This document shows positions 55,724-62,433 of a stretch of DNA of 64,000 nucleotides, in pieces (position 1 is the stretch's first letter; each line of letters opens with the position of its first letter). This stretch comes from Candidatus Staskawiczbacteria bacterium (GTDB lineage Bacteria; Patescibacteriota; Minisyncoccia; Minisyncoccales; Staskawiczbacteraceae), in contig CAILLM010000004.1 of NCBI GenBank assembly GCA_903835075.1, positions 144,532 to 208,531 of the forward strand. Direction: 5' to 3'. The notes below the pieces were generated by a model. That model did not search any database, was not told the origin of the DNA, and saw only the letters and a list, made by a program, of their open reading frames with translations. A program made the position numbers and the translations under genes.

Positions 55724-56167
55724 ATGGCAAGTCGTCATTTATCGCGTTCAATTGTTTTGCAATCACTTTATGAGTGGGATTTTTATGACAAAAAGCCTAA
55801 TTTGAAAGAAATTACTGAAAGAAATATTAAGGATTTTGGGCCTGGGCTAGAAGAACTGGATTTTATTTGGAATTTAATTGATGGCGTTGAAAAACATTTA
55901 GTTGAGCTTGATAAAATAATTGAAAAAGCAGCGCCAGAGTGGCCAATTGCTCAAATTGCAATGATTGATAGAAATGTCTTAAGAATTGGTTTGTTGGAAT
56001 TGCTGTATTCAAATAAAGAAGAAGTACCACCAAAAGTTGCCATAAATGAAGCAATAGAATTGGCAAAAACATTTTCAGGGACAACTTCTGGAAAATTTAT
56101 TAATGGAGTTTTGGGAACAGTTTACAAACAATTAGACCCGCCTGCACAGGCAGGAGAAAAAGTATAG
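55724..56167 (+). CDS. nusB: transcription antitermination factor NusB
   Basis: [14 protein letters not shown]..., [22 protein letters not shown]. Confidence 0.85.
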   Translation: MASRHLSRSIVLQSLYEWDFYDKKPNLKEITERNIKDFGPGLEELDFIWNLIDGVEKHLVELDKIIEKAAPEWPIAQIAMIDRNVLRIGLLELLYSNKEEVPPKVAINEAIELAKTFSGTTSGKFINGVLGTVYKQLDPPAQAGEKV

Positions 56168-56860
56168 ATGATGGATTTCGAAATTTTAGAAAAAAAATTA
56201 GGAGTAGAATTCAAGGATAAGAATCTTTTAAAACATGCTTTCACGCACAGGTCTTATTTAAATGAAAACCCAGAATTAAAATTAGAGCATAATGAAAGAT
56301 TAGAATTTTTAGGAGATGCGGTTATGGAATTAATTGTGACAGAACATCTTTATAAAGAATATCCAGAAAAAGCAGAAGGAGACTTAACTAATTGGAGAGC
56401 TGCCCTAGTTAACGCAAAAATGTTAACCAGCGTTGCAAAAGAATTAGAGTTTAATGATTTTCTTTTGCTTTCTAAGGGTGAGTCGAAGGAAATGGGCAAA
56501 GCAAGAGATTATATTTTAGCTAATTCCTTTGAAGCATTTTTAGGGGCATATTACTTAGATTCTGGTTTTGATGCATGTGATGAATTTATAAAAAAGAATT
56601 TATTAAAAAATTTAGCAGAAATAATAAGAGACGGTTCGTATAAAGATGCAAAGTCAAAATTTCAGGAAGAGGCGCAAGAAAGAGTTTCTATTACGCCAAA
56701 TTATAAAGTAATCAGTGAGTCAGGTCCAGACCACGAAAAAAGTTTTGTGGTGGGAGTATACTTAAATGATGAGCTTGTTGCCGAAGGTAAGGGTTTGTCA
56801 AAACGTGAAGCAGAATCAGCAGCAGCCGAGCTGGCACTTGGTGTTAAAAAATGGAATTAA
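56168..56860 (+). CDS. rnc: ribonuclease III
   Basis: NERLEFLGDAV signature; C-terminal dsRBD ...GKGLSKREAESAAA. Confidence 0.95.
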   Translation: MMDFEILEKKLGVEFKDKNLLKHAFTHRSYLNENPELKLEHNERLEFLGDAVMELIVTEHLYKEYPEKAEGDLTNWRAALVNAKMLTSVAKELEFNDFLLLSKGESKEMGKARDYILANSFEAFLGAYYLDSGFDACDEFIKKNLLKNLAEIIRDGSYKDAKSKFQEEAQERVSITPNYKVISESGPDHEKSFVVGVYLNDELVAEGKGLSKREAESAAAELALGVKKWN

Positions 56861-56890
56861 TAAAAATTTAAAAAATAATTTTAAACAAAA

Positions 56891-57334
56891 ATGTTAACTA
56901 TTAGACTAACAAGAAAAGGAAAAAAGAATCAGCCATTTTTTAGAGTGGTTGTAATTGATAAAAGAAGTTCAACAAGAGGTGGAAGATCTGTTGAAGATTT
57001 GGGTTATGTTGACCCATTGAAAAAAAGAAAGAGCCTTAATGCAGAAAGAATAAAATATTGGCTTTCAAAAGGAGCACAAGCTTCAGATACAATGCACAAC
57101 CTTTTAGTTGCAGAAAAAATTATTGAAGCAGATAAAGTTCACGTTTCTAAATTGAGCAAAAAAGCAAAAGAAAAAATGAAAGCAACAGCTGAAGCAAAAG
57201 TTGCAGCAGAAGAGACAGCAAAAGCTAAGGCACCCGCCTCCGCCGAAGGCTCCGTCGAGGCAAAGGAAAAAGAAGAAGTTATACCAGAAGAGGCAGCACC
57301 AGAAGCTACCGAAGAGCCACCCGCCTCCGCATAA
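56891..57334 (+). CDS. rpsP: 30S ribosomal protein S16 with an Ala/Lys/Glu-rich C-terminal tail
   Basis: MLTIRLTRKGKKNQPFFRVVV. Confidence 0.95.
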   Translation: MLTIRLTRKGKKNQPFFRVVVIDKRSSTRGGRSVEDLGYVDPLKKRKSLNAERIKYWLSKGAQASDTMHNLLVAEKIIEADKVHVSKLSKKAKEKMKATAEAKVAAEETAKAKAPASAEGSVEAKEKEEVIPEEAAPEATEEPPASA

Positions 57335-57375
57335 ATCTACCGCGAGGCAACGACGGAATAAGATTTTATAAAAAC

Positions 57376-57401
57376 AAAAATCCGTTGAAAGGCGGATTTT
57401 T
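57376..57401 (+). terminator. terminator-like hairpin after rpsP
   Basis: AAAAATCCGttgaaaggCGGATTTTT. Confidence 0.55.
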
Positions 57402-57429
57402 AGATATATAGGGAAGAATGGAATGTCTA

Positions 57430-57458
57430 TTGACAAGGTTCTTTAAAAGTGCTATAAT
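57430..57458 (+). promoter_or_regulatory. perfect TTGACA-17-TATAAT promoter
   Basis: TTGACA 57430-57435; TATAAT 57453-57458. Confidence 0.7.
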
Positions 57459-57464
57459 TAGAAT

Positions 57465-57608
57465 ATAGAGGGCGTTTAGGAGATTTCTCTTTGTTGACCG
57501 ATTTTGTGGCTCCGGCTGCGAAACTCGAGATATAAAGTTCGGCAATGGAAAATTTTTATAATTTTTCGCAAGTATCGGACAGGAGAGATCTCCCAAGCGC
57601 CCTTTTCT
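57465..57608 (+). ncRNA. candidate ~145-nt rod-like RNA (sRNA or terminating leader)
   Basis: GGGCGTTTAGGAGATTTCTCT (57470-) pairs with AGGAGAGATCTCCCAAGCGCCC (-57602): about 20 bp with 1 mismatch, several G-U pairs valid only for the plus strand. The stem extends through TTGACCGAT/ATCGGACAG and GCGAAA/TTTCGC. A TTTTCT tract follows. Confidence 0.45.
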
Positions 57609-57661
57609 ATTCCAATATTCCGCGGAATAACGGAATAGCAGATGGTAGCACTTTAAAAGAG

Positions 57662-57714
57662 GTGGTTGCAGACATAAGTTACTAAAATCATTAGTATTTT
57701 CTGTCTGTGACTAC
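57662..57714 (+). promoter_or_regulatory. conserved 5'-UTR stem-loop, copy 1
   Basis: GTGGTTGCAGACA...TGTCTGTGACTAC, a 13-bp stem including G-U pairs. Confidence 0.6.
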
Positions 57715-57750
57715 TAAACAACAATAACAACGAACCGAAAGGAAAAAGAC

Positions 57751-58131
57751 ATGACACTGAAAAGAGCACAGGAAATCCTAACAAAAATCAACTGTTGGGA
57801 ATTGGATGGCAAGGGGGACTTTGCTGAAATCCAAACCGACCAAGAAGGTTGGCAGGCGTTCGCCGATGAAATTGGGATTACCCTAGATGAGCTTGACGAA
57901 TTCGTCACTCTCCATCTGATGGGTTGTCTTGATTCCGATGATGATTGGCCTGGTGACGACGAGGATGACTTCGAGCCGGCGATGCCTGAATTCGATGCGG
58001 AGGCATGGGAAGAGGAGAGCGGCACAAGTTGCCAAGTTTCCGATTCCAGGTCGTACAGCCCGCTGTCCACGGGCGATTGGTTTTCCGATGCCAACCAAGC
58101 CGCTTGTGACAGGGGTGGCGACGATGACTAG
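57751..58131 (+). CDS. very acidic 126-aa protein, paralog 1
   Basis: MTLKRAQEILTKINCWELDG... with long D/E runs; AAAGGAAAAAGAC precedes the ATG; GC-rich. Confidence 0.65.
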   Translation: MTLKRAQEILTKINCWELDGKGDFAEIQTDQEGWQAFADEIGITLDELDEFVTLHLMGCLDSDDDWPGDDEDDFEPAMPEFDAEAWEEESGTSCQVSDSRSYSPLSTGDWFSDANQAACDRGGDDD

Positions 58132-58152
58132 GACTCCCGCTAATCGTGGCTC

Positions 58153-58203
58153 GCAAGTGCCTATAAACTTGCAATGGACCTGCGGTTTTACCAAGGGTCC
58201 TTT
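58153..58203 (+). terminator. 3'-UTR hairpin (loop GCCTATAA) plus an intrinsic terminator
   Basis: GCAAGTgcctataaACTTGC, then GGACCtgcggttttaccaaGGGTCC followed by TTT. Confidence 0.6.
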
Positions 58204-58216
58204 AAATTGTTTAATA

Positions 58217-58245
58217 TTGACATTAATATTTTAAAGTGATATAAT
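58217..58245 (+). promoter_or_regulatory. perfect TTGACA-17-TATAAT promoter
   Basis: TTGACA 58217-58222; TATAAT 58240-58245. Confidence 0.7.
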
Positions 58246-58282
58246 CAAAACGAAAATTACAGAGGTTAGTTCTTTCAAAAAA

Positions 58283-58335
58283 GTGGTTGCAGGCAAAAGA
58301 TACAGATATTCTCGGTATTTTCTGTCTGCAACTAC
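58283..58335 (+). promoter_or_regulatory. conserved 5'-UTR stem-loop, copy 2
   Basis: GTGGTTGCAGGCA...TGTCTGCAACTAC. Differences from copy 1 keep pairing (T-G/G-T become T-A/G-C; A-T becomes G-T). Confidence 0.6.
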
Positions 58336-58365
58336 AAACAAAAAACTGAATTGAAAGGAAAAGAC

Positions 58366-58743
58366 ATGACACTTAAGAGAGCAAGAGAAATAGCCGATAA
58401 GGTCTTCGACTGGGAACAGAAAGCTGATGAAGGCACTTTTGGAGATGTTGTCGCCGGTGACAACTATCGGAACCTGTCAGTATTCACTGATATTCCAGAG
58501 CAGGAACTCAGGGAGTTTGAGGAGTACTGGGGATCCAACCGTTACTGTCGGGATGTCGAAGAGGATGCCGCTTGCGACCATAACCCGCAACGCTCGGTAA
58601 ACGAGGACCTTCTAACGGAGCTCGCCGACGGCGACGACGACGATGAAGCCGATTATGAGGCACTTCGCTATGCTGAGATGGAGCGCATCCTCGAAGAGGA
58701 CGGACTCCCCCTTCTCAACTCCTGGGACTATCGCTGGGCTTGA
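58366..58743 (+). CDS. very acidic 125-aa protein, paralog 2
   Basis: MTLKRAREIADKVFDWEQK...; shares the N-terminal ~55-aa pattern with paralog 1. ATG 58366 is preferred over the TTG at 58351. Confidence 0.65.
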   Translation: MTLKRAREIADKVFDWEQKADEGTFGDVVAGDNYRNLSVFTDIPEQELREFEEYWGSNRYCRDVEEDAACDHNPQRSVNEDLLTELADGDDDDEADYEALRYAEMERILEEDGLPLLNSWDYRWA

Positions 58744-58753
58744 ATTCGTGGCT

Positions 58754-58808
58754 ACAACGTGCCAATAAACGTTGTAAATGGACCCCTGGTAACTCTTGGG
58801 TCCTTTTT
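58754..58808 (+). terminator. 3'-UTR hairpin (loop TGCCAATAAA) plus an intrinsic terminator
   Basis: ACAACGtgccaataaaCGTTGT, then GGACCCctggtaactcttGGGTCC followed by TTTTT. Confidence 0.65.
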
Positions 58809-58850
58809 ATTGCATAATATTGACTCCTCACCATTTAATATGGTGAAGAG

Positions 58851-58879
58851 TTGACACCTTTTGCCAAAAGGAGTAAAAT
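58851..58879 (+). promoter_or_regulatory. TTGACA-17-TAAAAT promoter for the KH-trmD genes
   Basis: TTGACA 58851-58856; TAAAAT 58874-58879. Confidence 0.6.
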
Positions 58880-58901
58880 TAAATAAATTAAAGGTCGCAG
58901 G

Positions 58902-59249
58902 ATGAATATTAGTTTAAATGAAAGTACCATGACACAAGAAAACGATAAAGAGTTTCTTGAGTACATTGTTAAGGAATTAGTTGATAATCCTAAAGACGTC
59001 AAAGTAGAAAGAAAAGTTGACGAAATGGGAGTATTGCTTTCATTGAAAGTAAACCCAGCAGATATGGGTCAAATCATTGGAAGAGAAGGATCAACAGCCA
59101 AAGCAATCAGAAACTTGGTCCGAATTGTCGGATTAAAGAATCACGCCAGAGTGAACCTCAAAATTGAGGAACCAGAAGGCGGACGTGCTCCAAGACCAGA
59201 AGCAAAACAAGAAGTCACAGCAGACGACTTAGATAATATTTCTTTGTAA
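58902..59249 (+). CDS. KH-domain RNA-binding protein (YlqC-like) with a C-terminal extension
   Basis: ADMGQIIGREGSTAKAIRNLV (GxxG KH motif); usual position between rpsP and trmD. Confidence 0.85.
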   Translation: MNISLNESTMTQENDKEFLEYIVKELVDNPKDVKVERKVDEMGVLLSLKVNPADMGQIIGREGSTAKAIRNLVRIVGLKNHARVNLKIEEPEGGRAPRPEAKQEVTADDLDNISL

Positions 59250-59263
59250 TTTAAAGAAAAACA

Positions 59264-59288
59264 AAAAACGCATTCGTGCGTTTTTTGT
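59264..59288 (+). terminator. terminator-like hairpin
   Basis: AAAAAACGCAttcgTGCGTTTTTTG. Confidence 0.65.
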
Positions 59289-59310
59289 TTTTCTGTGTTA
59301 TAATCGTTAC

Positions 59311-60009
59311 ATGATTAAATTTGATGTAATTACAATTTTTCCAGAAATGTTTAGTTCTTATTTAAAAGAGAGCTTGATTTCGCGTGCACAGCAAAAAAAG
59401 TTTATAAAAATAAATTTACATAATTTAAGAAAGTGGACAACTGATAATCATAAAACAGTTGATGGTAGGCCATTTGGAGGTGGATTGGGAATGGTTTTAA
59501 AAGTGGAACCAATTTATAAAGCTGTGAAGTTTATAAAGTCAAAAGTTAAAGGTAAAAAGTCTAAGGTTATACTTTTCACGCCACGTGGACAAAAATTTAA
59601 TCAAAAGTTAGCCAACAAATTATCTAAGCTAAATCAAATTATTTTTATTTGTGGGCGGTATGAAGGCGTTGATGAAAGAGTTGGAGAAAAAATTGCTGAC
59701 ATGGAAATTTCAATTGGTGAGTATGACTTAATGGGTGGGGAATTGCCAGCAATGGTTGCCATTGAAACTATTTCAAGATTAGTGCCGGGAGTTATTGGCA
59801 AGGAACAATTGTTAAAAGAAAGGGTTTCAAAAACAGGAGGATTTTTAGAATATGCACAATACACCCGCCCTGAAATATTCAGGGCGAGGCTCGCCAAAGG
59901 CGGCAAGGCCAAGGTTGAAAGTTGGCGTGTGCCCGAGGTATTATTGTCGGGGAATCATAAAAAAATAGACGAGTGGAAAAAATTACACGGCAAGGTTATT
60001 GAAGAATAA
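59311..60009 (+). CDS. trmD: tRNA (guanine37-N1)-methyltransferase
   Basis: FDVITIFPEMF, DGRPFGGG, CGRYEGVDERV, VLLSGNH. Confidence 0.95.
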   Translation: MIKFDVITIFPEMFSSYLKESLISRAQQKKFIKINLHNLRKWTTDNHKTVDGRPFGGGLGMVLKVEPIYKAVKFIKSKVKGKKSKVILFTPRGQKFNQKLANKLSKLNQIIFICGRYEGVDERVGEKIADMEISIGEYDLMGGELPAMVAIETISRLVPGVIGKEQLLKERVSKTGGFLEYAQYTRPEIFRARLAKGGKAKVESWRVPEVLLSGNHKKIDEWKKLHGKVIEE

Positions 60010-60037
60010 TAATTTTTGTGATATAAGTATTTATATT

Positions 60038-60120
60038 GGGCGTGTGGCTGAGCAGCAAAGGCAACAGACTGTAAATCTGTCGGGTTCTACCCTTCGCAGG
60101 TGCAAGTCCTGCCGCGCCCA
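60038..60120 (+). tRNA. tRNA-Tyr (GTA), class II with a long variable arm, no encoded CCA
   Basis: Hand-folded. Acceptor GGGCGTG/CGCGCCC, anticodon arm ACAGA-CTGTAAA-TCTGT, T arm GCAGG-TGCAAGT-CCTGC. Confidence 0.85.
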
Positions 60121-60135
60121 CTTTGCAAAGCAAGG

Positions 60136-60158
60136 TGTCCCGAGCTTGTCGAAGGGCA
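60136..60158 (-). repeat. intergenic copy of the GC-rich CCCTTCGAC..CTC.GG repeat
   Basis: Reverse complement reads CCCTTCGACAAGCTCGGGACAC. Confidence 0.6.
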
Positions 60159-60165
60159 CAAACCC

Positions 60166-60238
60166 GCCGATGTAGCTCAGTTAGCAGAGCATTTCCATGG
60201 TAAGGAAAAGGTCCGCAGTGCAAATCTGCGCATCGGCT
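60166..60238 (+). tRNA. tRNA-Thr (GGT), no encoded CCA
   Basis: Hand-folded. GCCGATG-TA-GCTC-AGTTAGCA-GAGC-A-TTTCC-ATGGTAA-GGAAA-AGGTC-CGCAG-TGCAAAT-CTGCG-CATCGGC-T. Confidence 0.85.
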
Positions 60239-60343
60239 CAGAAATATAGAAATTTCTAAAGAAATTTATATAATTACGTCGCTCGGTCGTAATGAAAATA
60301 AATCTTCATTCCTCCCTCGCTAGTAATTATTAAAAACAAACTT

Positions 60344-60505
60344 ATGGCAGTTAAAAAACCGTTTTTAAAAATTCAATGTACTGTTTGCAAAACTACAAAC
60401 TATTTTGCAAAAAAAACAAAAGCAATGGCCGAGAAAAAACTCGAGCTTAAAAAATATTGCTCAAAATGCAGAAAAACTACACCTCATAAAGAAACTAAGA
60501 AATAG
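60344..60505 (+). CDS. rpmG: 50S ribosomal protein L33
   Basis: Not in the ORF track (53 aa). MAVKKPFLKIQCTVCKTTNYFAKKTKAMAEKKLELKKYCSKCRKTTPHKETKK, with two CxxC pairs. Confidence 0.85.
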   Translation: MAVKKPFLKIQCTVCKTTNYFAKKTKAMAEKKLELKKYCSKCRKTTPHKETKK

Positions 60506-60511
60506 AATTAA

Positions 60512-60536
60512 GAGCCCCGCAATGCGGGGTTTTTTG
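60512..60536 (+). terminator. intrinsic terminator
   Basis: GAGCCCCGCaatGCGGGGTTTTTTG. Confidence 0.8.
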
Positions 60537-60625
60537 TTAGAAAAAATTTTGACAAAAGAAAAAGATTATTTTAAGGTTAGTTATTCAATAAGACCTTTTA
60601 CAACTAAATATGGAAAGACAAAATT

Positions 60626-62233
60626 ATGATACACACATTGGGAAATGTTGATAAGCAAGTTCTTTTGGAAATTGCCAGTGAGAAACAGATTCGTAAAACA
60701 AGCGAACTTTTTTTGTTATTTTCTTTGGGTAGTCAATTTGACCATTTAATTAAGCAGGCCGTAGATAGGCTGGGGGTGTTTTGTTTGGTGGCAGATCCAA
60801 ACAAAATTACAGCAGAAGACGTGAGGAAAATTAAACCTAAGGGAATAATTGTTTCTGGCGGACCAGCCTCTGTTTATGAAGGCACCTTGTCATTTGACTG
60901 TAAAATCTTTGACTTGGGAATACCTGTGATGGGTATTTGTTTGGGCTTTCAACTGTGGGCTCAGCACATTGGGTGTAGTGTTGAGAAATCTCCAAAAAGA
61001 GAATTTGGTACACACCATCTTAGCATATTTGAAAATACAATTCTTTTTAGTGGGTGTCACAGTGGTTGCAATGTTTTAATGAGTCACGGTGATAATGTTT
61101 TGAAAACCACTAACTCTAAAATTAGGGTTTTAGCATATACTGATAATTGTCCAATAGCTGCTGGTAATTACAAGCATCTTTGGGGCGTGCAATTCCACCC
61201 AGAAGTTACAGAAACAACAATTGGCCCCCAAATTTTCTGGAGTTTTTGTTTTTTGATTTGTAAAGCAAAAAACAAATATCCGGCCAAAGATGTGGCAAGG
61301 GAGAAAATATTGTCCCTGCGAGAAACAATTGGTAACAAGAATGTTTTGCTAGCACTTTCAGGTGGCTCGGACTCCTCAACAGTTGCTTATTTGTTGCGTG
61401 ATGCTTTAATTCACGGGCAATATGAAACTACGGACCAGTTGAGGGGAGTATATATTCGCGGAATTGACAGACCCGATGACGAAGATCATGTTCGCAAATA
61501 TTTTGACTGGATTGATTTAAAAATTGTTGATGCTACGGATCGCTTTTTGAAAGCCTTGCGTGGCAAAAAAACAATGCCTGAAAAACGGTTGGCAATGAGG
61601 GGAGTCTATAAGGCTGTGCTTGAAAAAGAGGCCATAGAATTTGGTGCTAATTTTATTGCGCAAGGAACGCTTTTTACTGATATTTCAGAAAGTGGTGGGG
61701 GGTATGAGGGTGAAAAAAAGGCTCAAATAAAACTTCACCATAATGTGGAGTTGGGATTTTCATTCCCAGAGCTTACTCCGCTTGACGACTGTGTGAAAGA
61801 CACTGGGCGTAGCATTGGTAGAGAAATTGGTGTTCCCGAAGATTTACTTGTTCGGCAACCTTTTCCTGGCCCTGGTTTGATTGTTAGGATTGAAGGAGAA
61901 ATTACTGGTGACAAGTTGAAAATTGCTCGTCAAGTGGACGACATTTATATTCATGAATTGCGAAACGCGGGTCTTTATGAAGGCGTTTGGCAAGCAGGCG
62001 CGGTAATTACGCAATCTGTTACAACTTGCACCAAAGGCGACGGCGCTGCTAGTGGAATTGTTGTTGCTTTGTGGGCAGTTTGGAGTGTAAATGGTTTTAC
62101 TGCTCAAGCTGCAGAATTGCCTTGGGATTTCATAAAACTTGTTTCACAAAGAATTACCAATAATGTGCCCGAAGTTGGTGCTGTGGTTTACAGAACTTCT
62201 GACAAACCACCTGCCACCATAGAGTGGGGTTAA
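60626..62233 (+). CDS. guaA: GMP synthase (glutamine-hydrolysing)
   Basis: GATase GICLGFQ...VQFHPE; ATP-PPase LALSGGSDSS; C-terminal ...KPPATIEWG. Confidence 0.9.
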   Translation: MIHTLGNVDKQVLLEIASEKQIRKTSELFLLFSLGSQFDHLIKQAVDRLGVFCLVADPNKITAEDVRKIKPKGIIVSGGPASVYEGTLSFDCKIFDLGIPVMGICLGFQLWAQHIGCSVEKSPKREFGTHHLSIFENTILFSGCHSGCNVLMSHGDNVLKTTNSKIRVLAYTDNCPIAAGNYKHLWGVQFHPEVTETTIGPQIFWSFCFLICKAKNKYPAKDVAREKILSLRETIGNKNVLLALSGGSDSSTVAYLLRDALIHGQYETTDQLRGVYIRGIDRPDDEDHVRKYFDWIDLKIVDATDRFLKALRGKKTMPEKRLAMRGVYKAVLEKEAIEFGANFIAQGTLFTDISESGGGYEGEKKAQIKLHHNVELGFSFPELTPLDDCVKDTGRSIGREIGVPEDLLVRQPFPGPGLIVRIEGEITGDKLKIARQVDDIYIHELRNAGLYEGVWQAGAVITQSVTTCTKGDGAASGIVVALWAVWSVNGFTAQAAELPWDFIKLVSQRITNNVPEVGAVVYRTSDKPPATIEWG

Positions 62234-62254
62234 CTCACAAAACAATTTGTATTG

Positions 62255-62286
62255 CTCTGCGACCAATAGGACGCGGAGTTTTTTTT
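62255..62286 (+). terminator. intrinsic terminator (loop ACCAATAGGA)
   Basis: CTCTGCGaccaataggaCGCGGAG followed by TTTTTTTT. Confidence 0.75.
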
Positions 62287-62299
62287 GGTTATTTAACGG

Positions 62300-62327
62300 T
62301 TGACAAAATGGCAAAAATGAGTAGAAT
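62300..62327 (+). promoter_or_regulatory. TTGACA-16-TAGAAT promoter
   Basis: TTGACA 62300-62305; TAGAAT 62322-62327. Confidence 0.55.
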
Positions 62328-62433
62328 ATATTTATTCGTCCTTTCACATTTTCAAATTGATTTATCTTGGTGGATAGAACCAACGACTGTGCAAGTGCGA
62401 CCAACCAACAACCACAACAACCATAATAACCGT

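Noticed and set aside
57714-58234. Five overlapping ORFs of 89-126 aa on both strands across acidic gene 1, including a Ser-rich 126-aa antisense ORF
   Set aside because: This is the expected artefact of a GC-rich, stop-poor segment; the antisense of GAx-rich codons gives Ser/Leu-rich frames. Only the plus frame has an SD-like AAAGGA, a paralog with a conserved N-terminus, and matching promoter and terminator.
60405-60629. 74-aa ORF-track entry downstream of the tRNAs
   Set aside because: It overlaps the convincing 53-aa L33 gene (60344-60505) in another frame and runs through the L33 terminator and the guaA promoter region.
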